DNA from: Basidiobolus meristosporus CBS 931.73
Taxonomy: Eukaryota > Fungi > Basidiobolomycota
Reading direction: 5' to 3'
Length of the DNA: 59,217 nucleotides
Assembly (NCBI GenBank): GCA_002104905.1
Contig: MCFE01000552.1
Span: 1 to 59,217, forward strand
A program made the translations under genes and the position numbers. Shown piece after piece: positions 48,546-59,217 of the stretch; the stretch's first letter is position 1, and every line of letters starts with the position of its first letter. Below the pieces are notes generated by a model. The model had not been told where the DNA came from, ran no database searches, and worked only from the letters and a program-made list of their open reading frames with translations.

Positions 48546-49429
48546 AATCCAACCCATGACCCCTCATTGAGGCGGAACTCCAGCGAAAGAGTTGGTACGT
48601 ATGACGGGATATTTAGATTATCGTCGTGACACCAACATTTCCCAGACACGCATCATTGTAATATAGTAAGGCTGACTTCCACCATCACAATGTATAAATT
48701 GCCAAACAACAATATAAATTAATCATCCCGATTCAACCAAATATCTGCCCACATTGGTGCTTGTGCCAAAAGCCCACCATTGTACAGCTCGGCTCTTTGA
48801 CAAAGATGCGGAAGGTTCCATAGAGCTCGTTGAATTTAACCCATTCCGAAACCTTAACTTGCAATATTCAATACCACTACTAGCCTAGTCTAAATAGAGC
48901 TAATAAGATAAAGTTTGGACATATGGTTCCCATGGACAACCTGATTGCTGCTCATTTCAGTAGTTGAAGATATTGCTGTACTACTATGCCAAGCCGAAGA
49001 TAACTCTAATGCCGGGAATATTCGGAAGCGAACGAAGAATCAATCAGACCAATGGCTAAAGCAGCTCATAGGCCAGCCGAATTGAGTTAGATACCCCTTC
49101 ATTCGCTGCCAATATTCTGGGTGCAATGAGTGATTTTCAAGATAGCCTCTATATCCGGATGATCCGATTCTTCCAAACCACAGAAAATAGCCAAATTACA
49201 GTGGCTTGATGAAAAAGGTTCTTAGATGAGCGATTTGTGTGTAAACAATATTAGTAATATGCTTTAGATTCACCATAAGTTATGATGATAAGTTGGCTGC
49301 GATGACAAACAGGTGATACGAACAAACTGATCGATAAGTGTCTCCATTTCCGACTTTTTGTACTCTTCCCAAATCACTTGGCATTGCCTGTCATTGTATG
49401 CGATTATTCTTTAAACAACCATATTGCCA

Positions 49430-51379
49430 ATGGTCCTTATCAATGGGATTAAATATGCGTGCGAAACATGTATTCGAGGTCACCGCTCGTCGTCCTGTAG
49501 CCATCTGAAACGACAACTCTTCGAGATCAAAAAGAAAGGTCGACCGGTTACCCAATGCGAACATTGTCGTGAGCTGAGAAAAACCAAAAAGATCCACGTC
49601 AAATGTATATGTGTCAAAGCCGAGCTGGAAGGTATTTCCCATACAACTCTTCCCCTCCCCCGAAAAAATCTCTTGAACACTTGAGCTGACGTTAGCCGGA
49701 CACTTCCTATAGATAAACCCGAACCGGGAAAGATCACCTTGGATTTGGAAAAGACAACCAAAGGCTTGAAAAAGAACGAGAAATTCCAGGGTTTGCATTC
49801 CCGTCGTTTTGACAGTTGCCGTGAGTGCGGTTGTGTTAAATTCTGGTTTGATTTAGTCACTTCCCTTCTGAATCCTTGCCGCTGCTCCGAAGGTTTTCCT
49901 TGTAGGTGTTGCACCGTCGACGAAGGCTTTTACTCCGACATGATTGCCGCTGGTATGGACTCGGCTTCTATTAAAGCCACTTTAGACAACGCAAACTCGT
50001 GCTCGACCAAGTGCAAATCTTGCAAGTCAGGTTGCAAATCCCGGTCAGAGACTGCGGACCATCGTGAACCCACCCATTCTCAACCAAACATAGCTCTCCC
50101 ATCTAATACCAGCTGCTGTTCGTCTGCAAAAAACAAAGAGCCAAGTGAGGCCAGGCCAAATAACGGTTTGACAAAAAAAGTGGAGCCGACAGTTGGTCAA
50201 AATGACACGACAATTACAAGTACACAGCCACCCAGCTGCTGCTCCCGGAAAAAAGAATCCCAAGAGGAACCTCCAAGTGCGTCTGAAGTTGAGACAACTA
50301 AAATCGACCCTAAAAGTGAGTGGTACCGTAATAGACGACGTTGTCCATACATTAACAAAGCTTCCCTTTAACTCAAAACAGAGTCGGAAAGAGCTAAGCT
50401 CATCACGAGTTTGCAGCAGAGCGTTCGTAAACAAGAGACCAATCACAAAATAGCCTGTAAGTTCCAACATATCGAAATGCATCCGAGGTGTTTTATGAGT
50501 AACCGTTTCGCCCATAGTGGAATCGTTGATGAACCCCTGTCGTTGCGGCGAAGGCTATGGATGTACATGTTTGAGCATTCCAGACAAATACACCTTCTTT
50601 GCCGAGTTTGTTGGGACTGGAATTGATATGGAAGCACTTGAACTCAATTTGCAGTGTGGTAGCTCATGTGGTGTGAAGTGCAAATCCTGTAGTACCAAAT
50701 GTTGCGGAAAATCATCTAAGCCGCCCAACAATATAAACCCAACCCTTGACACCAACGAATCCGACTGTACATCAGCAGATAAACTCCCTCATCCCCCACT
50801 CGATCAAGATCCAATAGCTCATGGCTCTTCAAACGATCAAGCGATGAATTCTAATCCAACTTATCCCAAGCGATCCGCTAAGGAGGCTAATCTTGATGAT
50901 CTTGACTCCGTTGACAATAGCCGACTCATACAAATGGTGTATAACAGTGTTCAGCCAGGTAAAACCTGCTGCCAACCCCAAGATGAGATTGGTCAACCCA
51001 GCAAAAAGCCCAAGGTCGAGGCTGCACCGGTGAAAAATTGCTGCGCAAGTCGTAGCGATGATAAAGACTCTAAGAAGGACACCGTTGCTTCCAACTCATG
51101 TTGTGGGGGCAGTGACAAGAAAAATTCCAGCGGCTGTAGCTGCTGTTTCGACCCAGAAAACCCAACCTTCTACACGGACACAGATGGGATTCGAACATGT
51201 GGCTGCGGCTGTAACAAGCCAGCCTTGGATTGTAGTCATTGTCTCAAAGATTTGTGCGAGGGTAAGTACATCCAGTCTTCCAACAAATTTCCACATCTGG
51301 TAAGCTAATACGTTCTCACACAGAAATCATCCTCAAGCCACCGTCTTCATGTCGGGTCTCGCATTCTCTTGGTGAATAG
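49430..51379 (+). CDS. Copper-fist (Ace1/Mac1/Cuf1-type) transcription factor, Cys-rich, multi-exon
   Basis: MVLINGIKYACETCIRGHRSSSCSH...KKGRPVTQCEHCR...HVKC.C. GT-AG introns at 49632-49712, 50316-50381, 50457-50517 and 51262-51323 keep the frame; a further intron near 49790-49857 is probable. Confidence 0.9.
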
Positions 51380-51525
51380 CATGTTGATTAGTAAATAGAA
51401 CAAATAATGGGGGATTAATGATGGGAATTGTAATACGGATAGATTCGCAGAAAAGGGAACTAGAACATCAGTTTATTGAAATATATATAACAGGCATCGC
51501 TTGTTTAGAATAAAAGCCGCCTTCT

Positions 51526-53753
51526 TCAAATCTTCGACAAATCGCGACCAAATAGAGCTCGCTTGGTCCAGTCCATAGATAGAAGAAGTCTGGTTCGTGT
51601 GGACACCTGTTCACTCCAGTAGATACTGCGCCACAAGTACACCGCACCAAATCCGCTGATGTGATGGCCTTGACCAAAATCTGCCACCGCCGAGCCGCCA
51701 ATATAGGCTAGAGAGCCCAAGTGTGAGTAGTGGAAAGGCGGATATTGATCGTCAGCCTCGACACCAAATGGGGCGTTGTCGGCGCGTGAGGCCAGCGAAT
51801 TTAATTTCCGAGCCATGTACTTCCCCTGCTGACTTGCTACTTGTGCAGTAGCAGGGAGAGTCGTCAACTTGGAATCCACGTACTGAAGTAGCTTCTTCAG
51901 CTCGTCGAGATCCAACTCCCCAGATTCATCCTCGTCGTACTCATTGAAGAGGTCGCGCAACTTGAGCAGATGTGCTCGCGTCTGGGGGTGCTTCACACTC
52001 ATTTCCTCAGCCATCAAGCGGAACTCCTCGAAATCGATGGTTCCCGAATGATTCCTGTCGGCCGCTTCGAAATATTCTATCATGTGCTCGACGAAATTTG
52101 GGTTCTCTACAGTGCTACAATCGCCCAAAGCGTATACCGAGCCATCGGGAATGCCCTTGACACGGAGCCGATTGTCAGTCTCGAGTGCTCGCTTGTTTTT
52201 TTGCGCCTCCAAGCTCTCACAAAGCCTCCTGGTGATGGGCTTCATATCTGCAACGGAGCGTGAGTATGTGCATAAAGTGTCAACCATATGGGCGCTGATT
52301 CCTACCAATTCCTGTAGACCAGAGACACACACCAAATGGCAAGGTCTTTTGAACAGTTGTGCCATCCTTCTGCTTTAGTGTGTAGACTATGTGATCTTCA
52401 TGAACAGATTTCACGCGGGCCAGCGTTATGACGTTGATACCACTGCGCTGAAAGTGCTTCTCTGTGTAGGTAGATATCTTCTCATCGTAAGTGTTGAGGA
52501 TGTGGTCACGCGACTGGATGACTGTGATTTGGACTTTTTCCTTCAACTCAGGCGCGAACTAAAAGGAGGTGGTTAGATGCCGGACACTTTCGACGAAGCA
52601 TGCAAACCCATACATAGCTCACTAGATCCTCCTCGACAAAATCGTACAGCTCTGCGGCAAATTCGACCCCGGTAGGCCCTACAGCAACAAAAGTGAGCAC
52701 CGGTGGTTTAAATTCCGCCTACACACCAAATACCTCCGCCGCATATAACGAAGCTAAGCAGCCGTCTTTTCTCCTCGTCTGAGGTGGTTGGCAAGGCGGC
52801 TTTTTCGAAATTGCTCATGATTCTCTTTTTCAGGTCGCGCGCGTCGTCAATGTTCTTTAGAAAGTTACAGTGCTCGATCCCCTCCACTCCAAATGTCATA
52901 CTCTGGGAGCCGACTGCAATCACCAACTTTCACGGGGGTGAGTACGTCATTGGTGAAATGTCGCGGCAACTAAGATCAACTTGCCTTATCATACGGAAGG
53001 TAAAACTCTTTCCCGTCAACACCCTTGGCCAGGACCATCTTACTGTCATAGAGAATATCCTGTGCCTCGGCCTGAATGCGCATTAGTTGGCTTGATATGG
53101 AATCGATGGGTCGGCTCCCCTACCTGAACGAATAATGCCTTGAGAGGTTGAATGATTTTGCGTACCGGCTCAACCAAAGAACTGAAGGGAGGTATAAGCA
53201 TACTTGTTTGCGCCCAGGGTTCGCGGCGTCCCACTTACCGTAGCTCTAGAGTTCCGACCGTAGCGCTCGGCAGGAGAGGAGTGAAAAGAAAGTAGTTATT
53301 GGGGGAGACAACTGTTACGTCGTATTTCTCCGTGTCCAATTCCTTCAAAAGAGATATAGCCTATGGGTTGAGAGTGAGCACGCTTTAGCTTCAGTCGTTT
53401 CTCCCAAAGACTGACGGAAATCGACTTACCCCCCAGCCGGAGCCTAGAACGACTAAACGTGGCTTAGCTTGCTCTTGCCGATGCACTATTGGCACAGCCG
53501 CTGGCCCTTGTTCCAGGTAAGTCTTGACATTGAGCATGGGCCGTTTGTGTTCAAGGAAGTAAGCAAGAAGTCCCACTCCGAGTACTGAAGCGGAGGCTAG
53601 CTTAAACCAAAGAGACTGGAAGAAGGGTTTATGGCCAAGGGAAGACAAGGGAGCTGGAGCCTGCTGGCGTGTTTGTGCACATTTTGCTGGGGAAAAAAAC
53701 CTCTTGGTTTGCTGGAGGGGGGTCTGGACTTTCTGGAGGCCTTGACGAAACAT
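51526..53753 (-). CDS. NDE1: Mitochondrial alternative (type II) NADH dehydrogenase with EF-hands, multi-exon
   Basis: Targeting-like N-terminus, [44 protein letters not shown] region, EF loops [13 protein letters not shown] and [39 protein letters not shown]. Confidence 0.95.
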
Positions 53754-54358
53754 AACTTGGTAAAGGATGGTTTATTTCAGCAGCATGAAGTGGAAATGGC
53801 ATGAAATCAACGGACTGCAGCTACGTATTGAGGCTTAGGTCATCATGCTGTCAATCATAGGTATCAAGAAAGGCTTGAAACTCGCATATTAATCACATCG
53901 CAATGATACAGGCAGTATTTTGAATGGTCGGGCAAACTTGTTCAGGAAAGACTGTCTCGGAAAAGGATTATTCTCGTGTAACACGCCAGTACTAGACTGT
54001 ATTCTAATCCGGTCATCCCAACAGCGTAGAACCATGCGTATAGCCAATAGCCTTCCGGCGAGCCATCTTCCCAACCATCGATATGTTAGCCTATATATGG
54101 GCATGATTAAAAGGGAGAGTATAACCATAGATATATCACACTCTGGCCGAAAGTGGATTATTCCACCATTTTGATGTGACGATCTGACCAACTCAAACAT
54201 TGTTAAGAGTACCCTCCAGCAAAAAGTTAAATCCCGTTTCAATTGGATATATTGAGAAAATTTCGGAGAATCAAATAAAAATCTGGAGGTGGAAAAACTT
54301 GCTTCAAGTTATAAATTGCATGGTACACTTTGGCTTCTATCCACCCTTAACTCCTATA

Positions 54359-55997
54359 ATGCGTAAACTTCTTACTACCCTCCTTGTAACCCTATCTCTG
54401 ACTCTTGGCAGCGAAGCTGCGAACAGTTGTTCCGTAGCTGGGGACAACAAATTTCCGGAGCAAATAAGCGCGGACCTGTTGAAGCCGATTTCTTCCTTCA
54501 GTGTGGAATATTTTCCCAGCTACAAGATTGTCACCAACAACAACAACAAAGTCTCATATCGAGTCGATTGCAACGAGAACACCGGCAATGCGGAACATTT
54601 TGTTTCGTTAAACAAGTTGGGCTCTATCAGTGCTAACTTGAAGACCATCGGCTTCCTTGAGGTAGGCTGTTCTCCCCATTCATAGCAGTTTCGCCGATTT
54701 TAATGTGAGTTTCTTTCTAGCTCCTTGGTGTTGAGCAAAGAATTGTTGCCATAACCGCCCCGGATGTAGCCAACCAAGTCACTTCCGCCTGCGTGAGAGC
54801 AAGCCTGTCACGAGCAACCGGCAGCGCAGAATTGACATTCTCCGAGAATTTAAGTCAGCCCAACACGGTGGCCTTCGCTCTAGATGACAACATGACGCCT
54901 TTGCAGGTAAAATACGGCCATTTCATAGCCCAAGGAAAGCGCTAAACCATCTTCTGTAGAAAGCACAATGGATTCTTTTCGTGGGTGCGATTCTGAATCT
55001 CGATAAAGAGGCGGAAGAGATCTATCGTCAAATCGAAAGCAGCTACCTTTGTCACAGGAGCAATCTCAGTAAAGTCAATAAGCAAAGCATCGCGTGGATC
55101 CAACTTGTAAATGGCAAATACACGTTCAAGAACAGCTTCTACTACGAGAACTTGATCAACGATGCAGGTATGAAAGCATCCACCCACCATTGTCCGAACG
55201 CAGAAATACTAACCGCGAATTTATCAGCTGGAAAGCCAGTCAAACCATCTCAAAATCCAATCGGCGACGTGGCCACCTTTCAAAAGGAGATGGGAGATAC
55301 CCCACTTGCTGTAGATGAAACATTGTTGGATGATATCAGCATGAGCACCTGGCTCACTAAATATGGCATCGATGCGAAAGACAAGCCGTATCTCAACAAC
55401 CTTTACCGAACTGACAAACTGATCGTCAATGCCAACAAAACCATCGTATCTGGTACTGCGCTTGTCTTGGCTTTGGTTTTCTACGATATGTACTGACTGA
55501 CCTCTGAATCATTAGATTGGGATCAAGTCGCACCAAGTCGCCCTGATCTTGCCATCCAAGGTATCCATTGTTCATGTCCGGTCTCGCCTATTCCTTAACT
55601 CACCCAAGTATTTAATTCAGACCTAATTTCGGTGCAGTATGGTGATTACCAGCCAACATACTCGCCTAGATGGTTCATGAAGCTCAACACTGGATTCCAG
55701 AGAACGAATCTTGAGAGTGCTACCTGTGATGCCAGTCGTAACCAAATCCCGCAATGCATGGTGGCTGAGTACAGTGCCATCAATATCCCAGTGGTCGGAG
55801 GATCTTCGGGCAAAAAGAGTAATGCTGGAGCTATTGCCGGAGGAGTAGTGGGAGGAGTGGTTGGCGTACTTGCTATCGGAGGAATCGTTTTCTACGGGAG
55901 AAAGAAGTACCGCCAAACCGGCACACAGGACGGCAAAAAGCAAGGTTGGGACTTCATCAGTCTCAAGAGTGGCCGCTCCACTACCTCCTTGGCATAG
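54359..55997 (+). CDS. Secreted, single-TM periplasmic-binding-protein-like (Fe-siderophore/B12 SBP-like) protein, 5 exons
   Basis: Exons 54359-54661, 54721-54906, 54960-55452, 55516-55560 and 55621-55997 splice in frame. Signal peptide; VEYFPSYKIVTN; PLQKAQWILF...EAEEIYRQIESSYLC; DWDQVAPSRPDLAIQDLI; C-terminal TM GAIAGGVVGGVVGVLAIGGIVFY followed by RKK. Confidence 0.78.
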
Positions 55998-56403
55998 AGA
56001 AACCATGCCCACCTCCAACTGTTTATACCCATGCATTTCATTGTTGCACTTTCAGTACTTAGCTTTTGTCACTAGACGTTCGGAATCTCTATTACATAGC
56101 ATTCTTGAAGATTCGATTGGATATATTACAATAAACCATTGATATCCCAATACGGCTTAGGGGCTGGAATCATTTATTAGAAGTAACGTCTCTATTTACA
56201 TCCCTCTGCGTGCGAAGGACAGCAAACAACAAACACATTGGTAACTTGGTAAGGCAAATCTATGTGTATCGCGAAAAAAGGTTTATAAAAGTCTCGTTGA
56301 TATCTGGGTGAACGTATCGAAGACCACACCATAGGCTCATCGAAATATGCGTGACATTTGCTATTTGGTCGACATTTGAATGGGAGATGGGTATCCATCA
56401 GGA

Positions 56404-57129
56404 CTATGGCATCACGGATACGTAGAGCGTCTCGACTGCATCCTGTATCAGTTCAGTGTCGGCAGTTGAAATCTCCCACCAAGCTTTCCCGCTTTTAACC
56501 TCGAACAGAGTTTCCTGCATAACTTGGGAGCTCAGGAAAACCGACACCCCGGCCAGGACTTGGGGTGGGTACATCAGACATAGAGGGGTCTTGATGAAAT
56601 CGTTTGTGAATGCAATTGCCGACAAAGCCTGCTTTGGGGTGGCAGCGCACCGAGCAAGGATCTCAAATAAAAAGCTGTATGGTAGCTCCAAATTCAAATC
56701 GAAGCACAACGTCTCCAAAACCAGCTCTTCATGGTACAGAATGGTCTCTTTCCACCGACGGAAATCATCCGAGTTCTCGTCCACCTTGTACGCGTCGTCT
56801 TTACGAGCTTTGCGCACCGATATAGTCACCACGTCTCGTAATCTACGCCCCGTTTCCTCTTCCTTGGATGCCAAAAATAGGCACGTTCCTGCCAGATCAT
56901 AGTGGTGGTAGGTTCTAAAGCTGTGCCGCATGTAAAACCGCTGGAAATAGATTCCGGCTGTGTAGATTGTTGTGGGTGGAAGCTTGAGCGTCATTCCTGC
57001 GTTAATGATGAAATTGCCCCCTTTCGCACGAAGAATCCGCTCATTTTCCCAAGGCATCCCATCAAGTATAGTTGGTGTTTTTGCCATGTCATTCTGCGAG
57101 AAAAGCCATTGATTGGATTTCGAGCTCAT
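56404..57129 (-). CDS. Transcriptional cyclin (cyclin T/K, Pch1-like)
   Basis: WLFS...TPT..DG...E...RAKG.NFI...G..LKLP..TIYTAGIYFQRFYMRHSF, CLFLASKEEE, EELVLETLCFDL. The C-terminus may splice at gtatcc (~56418). Confidence 0.92.
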   Translation of the reverse strand: MSSKSNQWLFSQNDMAKTPTILDGMPWENERILRAKGGNFIINAGMTLKLPPTTIYTAGIYFQRFYMRHSFRTYHHYDLAGTCLFLASKEEETGRRLRDVVTISVRKARKDDAYKVDENSDDFRRWKETILYHEELVLETLCFDLNLELPYSFLFEILARCAATPKQALSAIAFTNDFIKTPLCLMYPPQVLAGVSVFLSSQVMQETLFEVKSGKAWWEISTADTELIQDAVETLYVSVMP

Positions 57130-57957
57130 CTCCTAATAATATGATAGGAATAACCGATCACCTTGTTGCAGGGTTTTTTCATCAGCCAATAGAACCAAAA
57201 GTACATAGCCAGTAGGGGGAATTACCTCGCTTCGAAATCAATTGAGAATCCAAATGCCAACAATAGCTCTAAAAGTAGAAGAAAGTATGCTGGGAATACG
57301 AAAGAGGTTACTTCAAGAGGAAAATGGACAATTATGTCGAGGCTTTTACCTACCTCAACACTAACCAGATATTGGACAAAATACGCCCAAGTACATAGAT
57401 ATCAGAGTGTGCAAACGTAGCTCTAACTTGGAATTACCAAGACTAGAGGGACCAGCCCTAGATTCCTCATGAAAAAAGTAACTTGAGTATCTTGTTGTTT
57501 AGTCTAATCCGATCCAAGCGTCCTAATCATTCGGTATGGCGTCATAGAATCCCACATTTGAGGGCCCCCTTGGTCCCAGCGTCAAGGCTAGTTCTCGATT
57601 TGAGCACCATTCCTCACATGATTCACAACAATAAATAGTAATACAATGCAGGCAGCTCACAAGTGTTGCAGGCATTACACTAATTGATTTTCCTCTCTGT
57701 ATAGAGCTGAGAAGCTCGTTGGGTAACCTGATTTGCATCATACCTTCGTCATCCTACTCTCTGGAATCGGATCACTGGAAAGAATACTTGATTTTACAGG
57801 AGCAGGATGCATGCTAGTTTGACAGTCCAGATTAGAAATTGTTGATTTGAAAGTTACCCTTCTTTTTAAGGATCAACATTATATCTACCCAATGAATTTT
57901 TAACGACTGCTCTTTGAGGTTGCTTTCTCAAATCTGTTCCGTTAATTCCATACTGTT

Positions 57958-59217
57958 ATGATCCCGCCAAAAGCTAGAGATACCTCAGCACTTGTTGAAG
58001 AGAGTTCCTTACATACCAGTCTACTCGGCAGTCCAGTGATATCCATACCGGATTACAGATCAGTTGCTGATGGGTCTAGCTTTTCCGGAAGTGTGCACGA
58101 AAGTGTTGACATCACTGCTAATGATCTCGATCTCACCAATCCAGGTGCCTCGGTGACTTATGACATTTACAAGAACCTTGAGGGCGGTGGACTGACCCGA
58201 TCCCGAAGCTCTTCTTGTGTGCCTAGCCTGGCTGAAGTCAAAAGGATTTCCAGTTTAAAAGAACCTGGTGGTTTTCGAAGAGGCTATATTGCTGAGCAAG
58301 CCAAAATTGTGGGCCGTGAGCCACCAAAAGTCGTTGAAAGAAGCTTCTTGGACTATTGGTCTCTGTATGATCACTTCGCTGGCGAAAATCTAAGCGACAG
58401 CGATGAGGAAGAAGAAGAAGAGGAGGAGGAGGAGGAAGGAGAGTCCAGGCCAGGACAAAGCTCTACTACTCCATTGATCCCACGGAGGTCTTCACAAAAG
58501 GTGGTTCCTCCCGGGAACGCTTCCCTATCCAAAACGTTCTTCTTGTTGATGAAGTCCTTCATCGGAACTGGTGTTTTATTTTTACCAAAAGCGTTTTACA
58601 ATGGCGGCTTGCTGTTCTCCTCCATTGTTCTGATTCTGGTGTCGGTAATTTTCCTTGGTCTCTATTCTAAAATTGGTCAAGGTACGCTCCATTGTCCCAG
58701 GCGGTTTTGGTGAGATTGGTGGAGTACTGTACGGAAAATGGTTGAGATACGTCATTCTGTCTGATATTGCGGTCTCTCAGGTATGTGAAGGCAGCGATTC
58801 TTAGCATATATCCACAAGCTAACCCACCTACTACTCTATTTAGATGGGCTTCACCTGTGCCTACTTCATATTCGTAGCCAAAAATATCAGTGATCTTATA
58901 TCAACCTGGTCGGAATGCCAGATCGAAGTATCCGAGCATACCTTGATTATGCTCCAACTGTTGGTCTACATTCCGTTCTCTTTTTTGCGCAAAATGAAGA
59001 GCTTTTCCAATGCTGCACTGATCGCTAACATAGCCATCATGTTTGGGCTCGGCTACATCTACATGATGGATCTTGGAGCTCTTTTTACTGCTGGCCCGGC
59101 TGAAGTTCAGATGTTCAATAGCAAAAGTTTTGGGTTGTTCTTGGGAACCGCATCATTCACCTTCGAGGGGATAGGGCTGGTGCTCCCTATCGTGAGCTCA
59201 ATGAAGGAGCCTGAGAA
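57958..59217 (+). CDS. Avt3/Avt4-like vacuolar amino acid transporter (AAAP family), partial; apparent frameshift at ~58648
   Basis: PGGFRRGY, SFLDYWSLYDHFAGENL, LLMKSFIGTGVLFLPKAFYNGG, VPGGFGEIGGVLYG, intron 58781-58843, FTFEGIGLVLPI. Runs off the window end. Confidence 0.92.

Noticed and set aside
58404-58442. (GAA/GAG)n simple repeat
   Set aside because: Encodes the ordinary acidic tract of Avt3/4-like transporters.

Overview
Eukaryotic, intron-containing DNA, most likely from an early-diverging (zygomycete-grade) fungus; the taxon is inferred from gene style only. The window has two sharply different parts. (1) Positions 1-~45052 are an AT-rich, CpG-depleted nest of transposable elements. 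It holds two Ty3/gypsy elements (one a chromovirus), an old copia, at least six copies or remnants of a second copia family, and five fragments of a CMC/EnSpm-type DNA transposon; three of these end in TAGGG rather than TAGTG. It also holds a two-ORF PHIS (PIF/Harbinger-IS5-like) transposon and two ~0.7-kb fold-back elements that share its termini. Target-site duplications (TSDs) let most of the nesting order be read directly. (2) Positions ~45053-59217 are CpG-normal, gene-dense DNA encoding a bHLH-ZIP factor, a Cys-rich copper-fist factor, an EF-hand alternative NADH dehydrogenase, a membrane-anchored periplasmic-binding-protein-like gene, a cyclin T/K-like gene and an Avt3/4-like transporter that runs off the window. 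The best candidate for an undescribed system is the PHIS element plus its long hairpin derivatives; next is the CCCTA-ended CMC element with a divergent orphan ORF. All alignments, splice models and difference counts were done by eye.
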